NCBI RefSeq assembly: GCF_006345805.1
Contig: NC_042998.1
Location: forward strand, 203,546,001 to 203,610,000
Direction: 5' to 3'
Length of the DNA: 64,000 nt
Origin: Octopus sinensis
Taxonomy: Eukaryota
In this document: positions 1 through 12,288 of the stretch, one piece after another
How positions within the stretch are numbered: position 1 is the first letter of the stretch
Layout of the letters: the number at the start of each line of letters is the position of its first letter
Made by a program: the position numbers and the translations under genes
Notes under the pieces: model-generated
What the model was told of the DNA's origin: nothing
Databases searched by the model: none
The model's input: the letters and a program-made list of their open reading frames with translations, nothing else

Positions 1-105
1 CGCTCTTAACCACAAGACACCTGATGACGGCTGGAGGGTATATGAGCTGAAACGTTGTGTTAACAACAATCAAGATGAGGACAAATATCCATCAAATGTA
101 AATAA
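1..105 (+). mobile_element. HHR element family 1 (tRNA-headed, Penelope/retrozyme-like), partial copy cut by the window edge
   Basis: Matches the monomer at 15383-15576 and 56550-56878. Positions 1-13 (CGCTCTTAACCAC) are the reverse complement of the tRNA-like head segment GTGGTTAAGAGCG. Confidence 0.8.
16..61 (+). ncRNA. Minimal type I hammerhead ribozyme (family 1)
   Basis: GACAC-CTGATGA-c-GGCTG-10 nt loop-GAGCT-GAAAC-GTT-GTGTT. Stem I GACAC/GTGTT, palindromic ACGT stem III, GUU triplet; stem II has one mismatch. Confidence 0.75.
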
Positions 106-656
106 TATTATTAATAGCTGTCACCTTTTAACTCCATTGAAAGGGAGACACACCACAGCACAGTCAAGAAGTGCACTGATGCATCCAGAAGCCATACATA
201 AACAAATATGCATAGGCAAGCATACCTATAGAAGGGGGTTCGTACACTTAGGGTCCCATACACACACTTGCATCATACTCATCATCATTTAACGTCTACC
301 TTCCATGCTAGCATGGGTAGGACTTATACTAATGAACAATGAATTTGTTGTTAATGAGCTACAATTGTTAATATTCATTCACTCTTCTATTAAGACAAGG
401 AGTCATGTAAGCAGAATGAGCATAGTATAATTGATGGATATATTCCATTATCACATGTGATGACAATTGTCATCAATGCTGTTTTCAAGCAAGGTAATAT
501 TTGCTACATGGCCAGAGAGATCTTTCACAAAAGACAGCTAAATGAACAGCCTTACTTGTATGACACAGATACATGCATGCACACACACACACTGTCTTTC
601 TGCTCGCCCTCTTACTTTTCCTCCCAGTCTCTGATACAACCATAACTTAGCAGGAT

Positions 657-1304
657 TTAGGCTAGTTGAAATATGTTTGCCACGTATTTCAACTGCTAAA
701 AGGCAAATACTATGCAGTTATGGTAGAGAAAAAAAAAATCTCATATGGTAAAATGGTGTGAAAACACCTGTTTCATTCAATGTCACCATCTATTAGGAAT
801 CCCAGACATCGACGTTTTGAGTTTTTTGACACTTGTCAATGAGATGTACCTGAGAAAGGTAACTCTGAATGAACTTAATAAAGCTGTTGCTTTATGTATA
901 ATCCAGTCAACACGTTGACTGATTTGCACGAGTAGATTGCCTGATTGGGGTAAACAACTAGCTTAAATTCTGCTCATATCTAAACACTGCTTTGTGGTAG
1001 CATTTGTTGTTTACCTTGATTGGGCAATCTACTTGTACAAGTAAGCCAACATCTTGACTGAATTATATATAAAGCTATGACTTTATTAAATTCATTCAGA
1101 GTTACCCCCCTTAGGCACATCTCATTGACAAAAGTCCAAAAACTCAAAACATCAATGTTTTGAATTCCTAATAGATGGCAACACTGAACTGTGTGTTTTC
1201 ACACCTTTTTACCATAAGAGAGATTTTTTTCTCTCTACCATAACTGCAGTGTATTTGCCTTTTAGCAGTTGAAATATGTGACAAACGTATTTCAACTAAC
1301 CTAA
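657..1304. mobile_element. Fold-back MITE with about 300-bp imperfect inverted arms
   Basis: TTAGGCTAGTTGAAATA...TATTTCAACTAACCTAA ends. The arms are reverse complements along almost their whole length, with the centre near 980; probable TA target duplication. Confidence 0.85.
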
Positions 1305-2404
1305 ATGTTGCTCCTACTTAAACACTGGTTTGCACTAAAGCTTTGTTGATGACCATGATTTAATATTTTGGTTTCAAATTTGGCCACAAGGCCAATATTT
1401 CTTAGGGAATAGAGGTAAATCTATTATGTTGCCCTTTCTGCTCAACTGGCACTTGTTTTATTGACCCCCAAAAGGCTGAAAGGCAAAGTCAATAATGGTA
1501 GAATTATCAAATTGAACTTAACCTAATTATTAAATTGAACGTGACCTAATTATCAACTTGAACATTATGATTTCTGCCCTTTCCTCCATTTCCTCTGAAC
1601 ACACATGCACATCACAAATACGCAAACATTCACATATATACATACAGTAATTCAATATCTTTTAATAACTAAAGAATTCCAGGAATGCTGAGAATGGCAA
1701 TAGATGTGGTTATCCCTTCTCTCTCTCTCTCTCTGCCCTCCTCTCCTCTCCTTGGTATGTTTACTAGAGCAGATCTATGAGGTTCATCTGTGGTCCAAGA
1801 AATGATTCTGCATCTAACTTTCAATTCCCGGATGTATTTATCCCGCTTATGTCACTAATGCTCTTCATCAAAGATGTGAATGTCACTACATCCCATACGT
1901 ATTCTCTTTAATAATGACTCGAGTTGTTTTTTTCCATTTGCGAAGGAGATGAATGTTTGAAAGTTATGTAACAAAGTAAGGGCAGTGATAATGATGTGGG
2001 TCATAGCTCAGCGCCAGAGGAATTGTGGTTCACAAGGCAGCCATTGAGGTGTTCTCTGTGAGCACCAGAACTTTTTCCAAAATTTTTTCAGATTTAATGT
2101 ATATGACATAAATGAGGGCATCCAGCCATGCCAATCGTGCCAGAATGGATTTTTGAGCTTGATACAGTTTTCTGATTCATTGGATCCTGTCAAACCATCC
2201 AACTCACTCCTGTATGGACAATGAGCATTAAATGATGGTGATCTGTTGAGCAGTTGGGGGATTTCAGATAGCATCATAATTTAATTTTTGCACCAGGATA
2301 GACTTTGAGTCAGATTTTCTATGATCAGATGTCCTTCCAGCTGTCAACCTTCACCTGTTTCCAAGTGAAATCCAGGTGAAGATTAAAGCTAGCAGGTTAC
2401 ATAT

Positions 2405-2610
2405 ACACTGGGGCTACCAGAACAAGGCCATTCTAAAACAGCTTTCAAATGGACACCACCAGAGGGGAAAAGAGAGAAAGATGGAAAACTAGGTGACACA
2501 GAACATTCTTAAGTGACCTGAGAGAAGCCAGTGTCACCTGGTTGGATGTAGAGAAAATGGCAGCCAACAGAAACCACTTGCATCAACCTGCTGCTCTATG
2601 TGCTAAAGAC
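2405..2610 (+). pseudogene. Decayed RTE-clade LINE ORF2 C-terminus
   Basis: Translates with frameshifts to ..KTAFKWTPPEGKR..RTFLSDLREASVTW..AANR..AALCA, resembling the RTE C-terminal 'WTP.GKR.RGRP..TW...AALC' pattern. Confidence 0.6.
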
Positions 2611-2804
2611 AAAAAGAGAAACTGCACTGAATAACGCTTGTGCACCATGGACAAATATATATACAAAAAAATCTAAGGAGTCTATTAACAAAAACAAGGA
2701 ACTGATCCTTAATGTAAATAATAGTGAAGTTTGTGGTCATAGTTTGCAGATTTTTATGGTTAAAAGTTAGTAAAGTATATTTCAATATTATTATCAAAAT
2801 CAAA

Positions 2805-2985
2805 TTCGATGACTGGCATCCATACTAGCAGGGTGCAAAGAGCACCATACAAGTGTGACCATTGACAGAGCGGCTAACCAGCTTCTGTGCCAGTGGCACT
2901 TAAAAGGCACCATTCGAGCGTGATCGTTACCAGCGTCGCCTTAAAGAGCACCATCCAAGCGTGATCGTTGCCAGCATCACCTTCC
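2805..2985 (+). mobile_element. SINE-C head sub-repeat array without tail
   Basis: Repeated AAAA/GAGCACCAT..GAGCGTGATCGTT.CCAG units, the same as at 54895-55200. Confidence 0.65.
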
Positions 2986-2987
2986 TG

Positions 2988-3354
2988 AAATTTTGGGGGA
3001 GGGTCCAGTTGATTAGATCAACCCCAGTATGCAACTGGTACTTAGTTTATTGACCCCGAAAGGATGAAAGGCAAAGTCAGCCTCGGTGGAATTTGAACTC
3101 TGAATGTAAAGATAGATGAAATACCTATTTCTTTACTACCCACAGGGGGCTAAACACAGAGGGACAAACAAGGGCAGACAAACGGATTAAGTTGATTACA
3201 TCGACCTCAGTGTGTAACTGGTACTTATTTAATCGACCCGAGAGGATTAAAGGCAAAGTCGGCCTCGGCGGAATTTGAACTCAGAACGTAACGGCAGACG
3301 AAATACCGCTAAGCATTTCGCCCGGCATGCTAACATTTCTGCCAGCTTGCTGCC
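2988..3354 (-). mobile_element. SINE-B (Meta-domain-like tRNA-SINE) dimer
   Basis: Two bodies with GCCTTTCATCCTTTCGGGGTCGATAAA..AGTACCAG on the minus strand, joined at AAATACC/TATTTC (about 3121). Confidence 0.85.
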
Positions 3355-3994
3355 TTACCAACTTAGTGATAATAAATAAATAAATACATTACATTTTTTT
3401 TTTAAATGCTAAACTATATTTTATTAATGTTTAAAAAATTATTACAATGTATGTGTGTGTGTGTGAAGAGATTTTTCAGGTGTTAGAGATGTATGTGTAT
3501 AGTGAATGCTAGATGTATGCTTATGTTCAGGGGTTTGCTTTGGCATCTTCCATTCTTATCAGCAGGGCTCTTACCCTACATTAGATACAGATGGTAGGTG
3601 CTTGTGGTGGGTCCAAATTTTCTGCCAACATCTCCCTGCTCCTAGCAGTAAAGCTCCCTAGTATTCCATGTTGTATGTATATCCTTCTGAGCTTTCTTTT
3701 CGTATTCTTTGATCACTTATCAGCAGGTGCAAGTTGCTTGGAGAAGAAGCAGATGCCAAGTTACCCGCAACTTCTCTTCGTCTTAGCTGCAGGACTTTCA
3801 TCCATTAGTGGACTCTGCTGTTTGTAGCAGTTAATTTAGTAAATGTAGGGCTCTTCATGTGCCTAAGCAGACTGTTTAGATATTGGTAGATATTAACTAC
3901 AAGGAGAAAACTGTGAATGCTTAGTCATCTGTAGACATTTACGGTCATTTGGTACGAGTTAATGGGATTCTTCATCTTTACCATCAACAGGTAC

Positions 3995-4359
3995 AGGCAT
4001 AGCTGTGTGATAGGAAGTTTGCTTCCCAACCACATGGTTCCAGGTTCAGTCCCACTGCAAGGCACCTGAGGAAAATGTCTTTAAAAGCTTTGTGAGTCGA
4101 TTTGGTAGATGGAAACGGAAAGAAGCCCCTGGTGTGTGTGTGTGTGTGTGTGTGTGTGAGTGTGTGTGTCCACCACTGCTTGACAATTGGTGTTGGTGTG
4201 TTTATGTCCCTGTAACTTAGAGGCTCAGCAAAAGAGACTGATAAAATAAGCACCAGGTTTAAATAAAAAATGAGTACTGGAGTCAATTTGTTCAGCTAAA
4301 AATTCTTCAAGATGCTGCTCCAGCTTGGCCACAGTCGAATGACTAAAGCAAGTAAAAGA
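3995..4359 (+). mobile_element. SINE-A (CORE-like tRNA-SINE, OR-type), diverged
   Basis: A/B-box head, internal (TG)n, tail ...CAGTC.AATGACT.AA.CAAGTAAAAGA. Confidence 0.85.
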
Positions 4360-4643
4360 TATTTATTGTCATCTTTTTTGTTATTGTCTCCAAAGTTTTC
4401 TTCATCGTTATCATTGTCCTCATCAGCATCATTATGGCCTTGTTTGCTGGCGTCCAGTTTGCCATGTTTGCATGGGTCAGACAAAATTTATTGAGGTAGA
4501 TTTTCTACAGCTGGATGCACTTCCTGTCACACACCTTCACTTCTTACCAAAGCAAACGGATATTTTACCCTAGTTGAGATACTTTTCTATTTTTCTTGAA
4601 GATTGCAAAAATGGCACAGCACTATTTGTGTGACAGTGATATT

Positions 4644-4845
4644 CATCATCATCATCGTTTAACATCCGTTTTCCATGCTAGCATGGGTTGGATGGTTTGA
4701 CCAGGGTCTGGGAAGCCAGGAGGCTGCACCAAGCTGCAGTCTGATCTGGCAGAGTTTCTACAGCTGGATGCCTTTCCTAACGCCAACCACTCCATGAGTG
4801 TAGTGGGTGCTTTTTACGTGCCACCGGCACAGGTGCCAGGGGAGG
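4644..4845 (-). mobile_element. SINE-C (RTE-type (GAT)n tail)
   Basis: AGGAA.GGCATCCAGCTGTAGAAAC core and CCATGCTAGCATGGAAAACGGA.GTTAAACGATGATG tail. Confidence 0.9.
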
Positions 4846-5312
4846 TTTACAATTAATACAGCATATAAGGAGACATACTCATACATGCAAACACATATAT
4901 TACATATGTACATGTGTGCATTAGCATATGTATATATATTAATGATGGGCTTCAATACAGTTTCCATCTATGAAATTCACTAACAAAGCTTTAGTGAATT
5001 TGGTTAATAAACAGACTTAGTTAACCATATTTTAACAGTAGGAAAATAGAGAAAAAATTCTAAAAGATCAAATTAATAAGAAAAAGCCCATAACTACCTC
5101 ACCAAGGGAACAAAGAAAAAAAGGAAAGAAAGGGTGAAAAATGGTGGGGGAGTAAATGGTTGTGTACACCTCAGAACAAATGGTGTGTTTTGCTACACTG
5201 TACAGACATGACTGGAAAGGTGTTGCCATGGAGAATGGCCAGTGACACTCAGTGCAGCAGCCACCCCACCACTCGACGGATCATAGTTATCCTGATTTTG
5301 CAGAGAAAAATC

Positions 5313-5485
5313 AGGCGCAGGAGTGGCTGTGTGGTAAGTAGCTTGCTTACCAACCACATGTTCCGGGTTCAGTCCCACTGCGTGGCACTTTGGGCAAGTG
5401 TCTTCTACTATAGCCTCGGGCCTACCAATGCCTTGTGAGTGGATTTGGTAGACGGAAACTGAAAGAAGCCCGTCGTATATATGTA

Positions 5486-5523
<38 letters not shown>

Positions 5524-5610
5524 TGTGTGTCTGTGTTTGTCCCCCTAGCATTGCTTGACAACCGATGCTGGTGTGTTTATATCCCCGTCACTTAGCGGTT
5601 TGGCAAAAGA
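5313..5610 (+). mobile_element. SINE-A, 3'-truncated
   Basis: GGAGTGGCTGTGTGGTAAG head, GGCACTTTGGGCAAGTG CORE-like block, (TA)n. Confidence 0.9.
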
Positions 5611-6219
5611 GTGAGATTGGAAAAGCGCCTGAGGTCTCAACAGTGACCACCACAAGCCAATAGCAGCCATTTAGGCCCCTCTAGTTGTTTATTTTCCTCT
5701 TCTCTGCATTATGGGGGGTGAAGCTTTGGTCAGCTTGAAGTTATAGTAGAAAGCATTTGTCCAAGGTGCCAAGCAGTGGAATTGAACCAAAAACCAGGTA
5801 GTTGTTGTTTGAACTTCTTAGCCACACATCCGTCATTATGATTAGCTTTGCTGTTGCTGGCATTAATAACATTAGCCTTGTTAAGATCATTTTCATTTGC
5901 ACATAAATCATAAAGATTAGCAGGATTATTATAAACAGTGTTAGTAACATGATCTCCTGCTAAAAGCATTTTACAATCTCAAATGGGGATTTATTGGACA
6001 GTAGGGACCAAGAGAGGCTGTGAGGAAAAGTTTGAAAAGATGGTTATGGCTGCCACATCTGTCGCTATAGATCACCTGGGACTAAACCATAACTGTTTTT
6101 CTCACAGACAGTGCCCAATTGATCCTACAATACTGTGCACTTGACAAAATTAAAAACAAACAATGCACATGCATGAAATTAAAAATATATAATGCTAACA
6201 ATTTACCAGTCGCACCCTG

Positions 6220-6520
6220 TGTATGTATGTATGTATGTGTGTATGTGTATATATATATACATGTATGTGTATGTATGTGTGTGTATGTGTATGTATGTGT
6301 GTGTATATGTATGCATGTGTGTGTATGTGTGTGTGTATATGTATGCATGTATGTGTATGAATGTATGTATGTGTGTATATGTATGCATGTATGTGTATGT
6401 ATGTGTGAATATGTATGCATGTATGTGTATGTATGTGTGTGTATATATGTATGTATGTGTGTATAGATCTGTATGTATGTGTGTGTATATATATATATAT
6501 ATATATACACACACAATCGT
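6220..6520. repeat. Compound (TATG)n/(TG)n/(TA)n microsatellite
   Basis: Direct inspection; it explains the HTYI and VCMY ORFs. Confidence 0.95.
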
Positions 6521-6779
6521 GTGTAATGAGATTGCACGTATGCATACACATACATTCAAAATGTATTGTCATATATGTGATTTTTCTGTGTCTTTGCATA
6601 TACTCTCACAAAATTACTTGTGTGGAGAGAGAGAGAGAGAGAGAGAGGAGAGATTGTATAATACATGATGCACACACCCGTTTAAAATTAACTCTATATA
6701 AGAATGTATATTTAGCATTACCTTAAAATAAATTTTGGGTTATAACCCCTAGGGAGAGCATTTTAAAAATACATATACA

Positions 6780-6810
<31 letters not shown>

Positions 6811-7619
6811 GATTAGGTTGCCTTTCTATTCTTGAGGATTCTGCAAAAGTTTGGTGGAAGTGGCTCTGGGTGGAGGTGAGGGCTTTCTCCGAGAGGTTAG
6901 GGGAGTGCGTGGGTAGATAGATGGGAGAATGGCTGGTGCTGGGGGTGGTGTTGGGGTGGAATGGGTATTAAAATGTTGTAAGGCTTGTGTGATTGGTCCA
7001 TTTTAAGACTGAAGTACCAAGCAAGAAGAAGCATACCAACTGACACAAGTTGGTGGCAGCGGCGATGGTAGAGAAAGGATGCTATGTAACACCATCCTCC
7101 CCCACCCTCCACCCGGTTCCTCCACTCCTACCTAGTTCTCAGCATCATCAGTAAGCTATATACAGCTGGTAGTAATATTAGGGTCTGGAGGCAGCGGCGG
7201 TGGTAAAGCTGGGGTAGGTGGGGTAGATTATATTTAGCCTACCTCAATGTACACTTATAGATAACTCTATATTTAGCTCTTTTTTCCTTTCTTAGCACCT
7301 TCATTCTTTTTTTTTTCTCTCTCTCTTCATTATTATTAATCGTTAATTATTATCTGTATTAGCATTATTATTATTATTATTATCATTACTAAAAGATCAT
7401 TATTATTTTCTTTTATCATTATTGTTACTACGTTTGTTTTCCTTCTATTTTGTTCCTTTCTTTTGCTGGGTATTTTGTGGGGTTCGGATGTAGGATGGGT
7501 AAGGGTGGAGGAATTCAGCTTTTAGTTTTTGGGTTCGTCAACAAAAACAATTGTGTTGCTACCATGGTAACCGTGCTTCTGCCATGTGTATACATGTATG
7601 GGGAGGTATGAGTTTCTAA

Positions 7620-7621
7620 GC

Positions 7622-7683
<62 letters not shown>

Positions 7684-8460
7684 ATATATATACACTTGTA
7701 TATGCATGTGTATTTTGTAGACATGTAAATACATATGCAGATATACATATCTACATGTATGCATGTGTGTGTGTGTGTGTGTGTATATACATGTATATAT
7801 GTGAAGATATTTGTATGCGTGTCCCTTCATTTGTACATAAAATGATATTTGCATGCATTTACCTGTATGCATCCAGGTATGTATATCTGTGTACACATTA
7901 CACATCCTGAAGAATGTGTGTGTGTTTGTGGGCGCCCATATGGGTGTATGTGCAGGTATTCAAAGGTGTACAAGTGCATGCAAGCTCGGAGGTAAAAGTC
8001 TGTTTGCACCCACATTGGTATGCGTTTGTATATTTGCACATACGAAAGTTGCAGTGTGCTTTGTGTGTGCACTTGCACCTGCAGTTGCTCATATGTTTTC
8101 ATATGCACACACAGGCAATGGTGTGTGTGTGTGTGTGTGTGAACTTGCATTTACACCTTTATGTGATTGCGACTGCTCTCTCGCATAAAAATACCCAGAT
8201 ATGTACTTAGACACACATCTCAAGGATGTATGTCTAAGTACATAAATAGCTTCAACTGTACAGGTGAATGCACACACATATGCACACACACATGCACACA
8301 TACACACACCTCACATGCAGGTAAATAAAAGCACATATATACATCTTCACACGTGGATGCATATATACACCCATACACTCATGTATATACATGTGTGTAT
8401 ATATATATATATATGTATATAAATTAATAATCAGAAGTATGCTATGCATATATGCCTACA
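7620..8460. repeat. (TA)n/(TG)n/(CA)n low-complexity tract
   Basis: Direct inspection. Confidence 0.9.
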
Positions 8461-8714
8461 CTCATGCACACACCTTAACATTTTTGAGTGAATTCTTTTA
8501 TTCTTTTACTTGTTTCAGTCATTTGAATGCAGCCATGCTGGAGCACTGCCTTCAGTCAAATGAATCGACCCCAGGACTTATTCTTTATAAGCTTAGTACT
8601 TATTCTGTCAGTCTCTTTTGCCAAACCACTAAGTTACGGAGATGTAAACACACCATTAGTTGTCAAGTGGTGGTGGAGATGGGCAAACACACACACACAC
8701 ACACACGTGACCTC

Positions 8715-8910
8715 GTATGTACCGTTGGCGATTTTTTCCCTCTGTCTTCCCTTCTCTGGATCTTTCCTTCTCCTATGTTTCCGACGAAGAGCTCCGCTCG
8801 AAACGTTAAACCCTCCTTCTTTCCTTCTTTCCTGAGCGTCCAATAATACTATATTTGTTCCACGTCCTCACGTTGTTGTGTTTTTTTGTGCTTTCTTGTT
8901 TGGATTAACA
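8715..8910 (+). mobile_element. HHR element family 2 (Penelope pLTR-like fragment)
   Basis: About 195-bp pyrimidine-rich unit with a hammerhead core, unrelated to family 1. Confidence 0.65.
8777..8811 (+). ncRNA. Minimal type I hammerhead ribozyme (family 2)
   Basis: GTTT-CCGACGA-a-GAGC-tcc-GCTC-GAAAC-GTT-AAAC. Stems I and II are perfect, stem III is palindromic ACGT, and the core has a U4C variant. Confidence 0.7.
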
Positions 8911-8955
8911 TTATATATATATATATATATGACTGGCTTCTTTCATTTATATATT

Positions 8956-9410
8956 ATCATTGTTGACATTTAATGTCCGCTCTTTATGCTGGCATGGGTT
9001 GGATGGTTTGACTGAGGACTGGCAAGCCAACCACTCCAAGAGTATAGTGGGCACCTTTTATGTGCCACTGGCACAGGGGCCAGTCAGGTGGCACTGGCAT
9101 TGGTCATGCTTGAATGGTGCTTTTACATGCTACTGGCATGGGAGCCAGTCAAGCAGCACTGGCATTGACCACACTCGTATAGTGCTTTTTACATGCCACC
9201 AGGTGGTACTGGCATCAGCCATGACAGCGATATTACTTGACTCAATAGGCCTTCTCAAGCACAGCACATTGCCTGACAATTGAATGGAACTCCTAAATGG
9301 GCTGGTTATGTGACACTGTGCATAGGCCATAGCTACGATCTCACGTAGCTTGCTGGGTCTTCTTAAGCACAGCATATCTCCAAAGGTCTCAGTTGCTAGT
9401 CATTGCCTCA
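8956..9410 (-). mobile_element. SINE-C long variant
   Basis: RTE-type tail plus several GGTGCTTTTTACATGC sub-repeats and an extended 5' region shared with 60450-61090. Confidence 0.8.
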
Positions 9411-9450
<40 letters not shown>

Positions 9451-9454
<4 letters not shown>

Positions 9455-9756
9455 TGAGGTCGTTGCCAGTGCTGCTGGACTGACTCCTGTGCAGGTAAGA
9501 TAGCACGTAAAAAACATCATTTTTGAGCATGGCTGTTGCCAGTACCACCAGACTGGCCCTCATGCTGATGGAACTTTAAAAGCACCCACTAGATTCTCGG
9601 AGTGGTTGGCGTTAGGAAGGGCATCCAGCTGTAGAAACTCTGCCAGATCAGATTGGAGCCTGGTGCAGCCATCTGGTTCACCAGTCCTAAGTTAAATCGT
9701 CCAACCCATGCTAGCATGGAAAGCGGACGTTAAATGATGATGATGATAATGATGAT
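9451..9756 (+). mobile_element. SINE-C
   Basis: Core and (GAT)n tail. Confidence 0.9.
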
Positions 9757-9787
9757 ATATATATATATAAATAAACGCACACATATA

Positions 9788-9950
9788 TGATGGGCTTCTT
9801 TCAGTTTCCATCTACCAAATCTACTCAGAAAGCTTTGGTCAGCCCGAGGCTATTGTAGAAGACACTTGCTTTAAGTGCCACGCAATGGGATGGAACCTGG
9901 GACTATGTGTTTGCAAAGCAAGCATCTGACCATGTAGCCACTCCTGCACC
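9788..9950 (-). mobile_element. SINE-A 5' half
   Basis: Reverse complement of the head and CORE-like block. Confidence 0.8.
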
Positions 9951-10223
9951 TAATGAAAATGAATACAAACATCTTACGTTCATGCACTTGCATACTCACA
10001 TGGATGTCTACACATATCAAATATGCATTTGTGCATACATATATATATACATCATTACATACATGTGCAGTTGTGTGTGTGTTGACTTCAACATGTGATA
10101 TGATGACAGAATTATTATAAAGGAGATGTGCAGTCGTTTCTATTCAGAGCAATTGGTTGTTGTAACAAGCAGTAAGATTGTCACATTTTGTATCGCAATT
10201 AACTAATTTTGTTCCACATATAT

Positions 10224-10390
10224 AGGCGCAGGAGTGGCTGTGTGGTAAGTAGCTTGCTAACCAGCCACATGGTTCTGGGTTCAGTCCCACTGCCTGGCAT
10301 CTTGGGCAAGTGTCTTCTGCTATAGCCCCGGGCCGACCAATGCCTTGTGAGTGGATTTGGTAGACGGAAACTGAAAGAAGCCTGTCGTAT
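10224..10390 (+). mobile_element. SINE-A 5' half
   Basis: Near-consensus head ending in (TA)n. Confidence 0.9.
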
Positions 10391-10420
10391 ATGTGTATAT
10401 ATATATTTATATATATATAG

Positions 10421-10486
10421 GAATCGAAACAACAATCTTACGATCGCGATGCTGACACCCTAACCACTAAGCCACGTGCCTCCACT
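10421..10486 (-). mobile_element. SINE-D tRNA-like head fragment
   Basis: Similar to the head at 62275-62345 (A box TGGCTTAGTGG, B box GTTTCGATTCC). Confidence 0.6.
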
Positions 10487-10499
10487 GCTAAGATAATGC

Positions 10500-10790
10500 A
10501 CCACATCAAATGATACCCTGTATAAAGCTATGTTTTGTCAAATATTACATTGCATCAAACATGATTGCAGCAGATCTGTGGTATCAAGCATTACATTGCA
10601 TTGTGATGTCGCATTAAACATTACAGTGTATCAAACATCACATCAAACAATATGTCACATCACACAGACACTATTGTATTGCATCAAACAATATGCTGCC
10701 TGAAACACTGCATTGCATCAAACAGTGCATCACATCAGACATTGCATTGCATCAATGTATCACATCAAACATTGCATTACATCAATGAGT
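10500..10790. repeat. Degenerate minisatellite (CATTGCAT/CATCAAACA units)
   Basis: Repeated ACATTGCATTGCATCAAAC-like units. Confidence 0.75.
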
Positions 10791-11015
10791 CATTCGAAAA
10801 ACTAATTTCCAGTGTGTTAAATGTCAAATATAAAACTAAAACCAAACAGAAAGTTTCTGTCAGTTGACACAAAGTTCATTGTATGACAGAGTTGTAAATA
10901 TTGTTTGAAGCTCTATTAATTCTATTTAGCTTGTTAATCTAAGTGCAGTTTGCCTGAAGCTGATGACTTTTGATATAAATTATTGGTACAAAGCATTGTC
11001 ATAGAGTAAATGCTC

Positions 11016-11235
11016 CATCATCATCATCGTTTAATGTCCGTTTTCCATGCTAGCATGGGTTGGATGGTTCGACCAGGGTCTGGGAAGCCAGGAGGCTGCA
11101 CCAGGCTCCAATTTTGATCTGGCAGAGTTTCTACAGCTGGATGCCCTTCCTAGCGCCAACCACTCCGTGAGTGTAGTGGGCGTTTTTTACGTGCCACCGA
11201 CACAGGGGCCAGGGGTGGCTGACAAACGGCCACGT
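11016..11235 (-). mobile_element. SINE-C
   Basis: Core and tail. Confidence 0.9.
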
Positions 11236-11307
11236 AAACACTGTGTTGTTGTGTATGGTAGGTGTGTGCCTCCTTACTCATATTACGATGGATCTCTTGG
11301 TGGTCAT

Positions 11308-11560
11308 TTCTCTCTCTCTCTCTCATTTCTTTCTCTCTCTCATTTCTTTCTCTCTCTCATTTCTTTCTCTTTCTCATTTCTCTCTCTCTCTCTCTCATTT
11401 CTCTTTCTCTTCACTCTCTCTTTTCTCTCTCTCTCTCATTTCTTTCTCTCTCTCATTTCTTTCTCTCTCTCATTTCTTTCTCTCTCTCATTTCTCTCTAT
11501 CTCTCTTTTCTCTCTCTCTCTCATTTCTCTTTCTCTTCTCTCTCTCTTTTCCCTCTTTCT

Positions 11561-11600
<40 letters not shown>

Positions 11601-11625
11601 CTTTCTCATTTCTCTCTCTCTCTCT
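11308..11625. repeat. (CT)n-rich tandem repeat
   Basis: CTCTCTCATTTCTTT units. Confidence 0.95.
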
Positions 11626-11930
11626 AAACCTCACACAGGGATCCTTTATATGGTCACTCAGTCTGCTAGAAATAGCAGTTATTAAATATAAAACAGAAAA
11701 GACACTCAGGGTAAGGTTGTCCCAGCTGAATAATTGTCCAGCATCCTCACTGCTTCTTCTGGCCAGTTTCCATCTGCTACAGACATATGTGTCTTTAAAC
11801 ATAGCACACTCATAAGAAATATTCTCTTCAGGTAAATACTACGATATTATTTCCTATACATTTAGCAAGGTACACAGTTGTCTATTTTAATCTATTCTGC
11901 CTTTGTTGCATATAACAAATTTTTATTCAG

Positions 11931-12010
11931 CCACCCGGCTAATCGCAACACCAGGGATTGTTCACTCACTGTTTTTCTATATCAGTGGTGATGGTCTTAG
12001 CATACACTTG
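11931..12010 (+). CDS. Candidate internal coding exon, unknown gene
   Basis: Acceptor tttttattcag| and donor TTG|gtaaga. Only one frame is open: xTRLIATPGIVHSLFFYISGDGLSIHL. No homolog recognised. Confidence 0.3.
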
Positions 12011-12084
12011 GTAAGATTCTAACCCATAGGCACTCAAAGATCTCCCTTAATTTTACCTGCCAAGGGTTGTAACATATAAAGGTA

Positions 12085-12288
12085 TACCTATTTCTTTACT
12101 ACCCACTCGGGGCTAAACACAGAGAGGACAAACAAGGACAGACAAACGAATCAAGCCGATTATATCGACCCCAGTGCATAACTGGTACTTATTTAATCTA
12201 CCCCGAAAGGATGAAAGGCAAAGTCGACAGATGAAATACTGCTAAGCATTTCGCCCGGCGTGCTAATGTTTCTGCCAGCTCACTGTCT
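12085..12288 (-). mobile_element. SINE-B
   Basis: Tail TACCTATTTCTTTACTACCCAC on the + strand; head GGCGAGCTGGCAGAAAC on the minus strand. Confidence 0.9.

Larger units (their letters stand above)
8502..8945 (-). mobile_element. SINE-A, interrupted inside its microsatellite by the family-2 HHR element
   Basis: Tail half at 8502-8705; the body resumes at about 8930 (ATGACTGGCTTCTTTCA). Confidence 0.75.

Noticed and set aside
3560-3830. Possible exon(s) in unique sequence
   Set aside because: Every frame has early stops or inconsistent splice sites; no supportable model.
5193-5300. Minus-strand peptide DNYDPSSGGVAAALSVTGHSPW..
   Set aside because: It is a short tail of a SINE read-through ORF, with no homology recognised and no donor.
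6082-6726. Long ORFs rich in HTYI, VCMY, SL or ER (also near 11047-11815, 13739-14297, 33261-33963, 35219-36200, 38342-38912, 48798-50156 and 58812-59363)
   Set aside because: They are stop-free translations of microsatellites.
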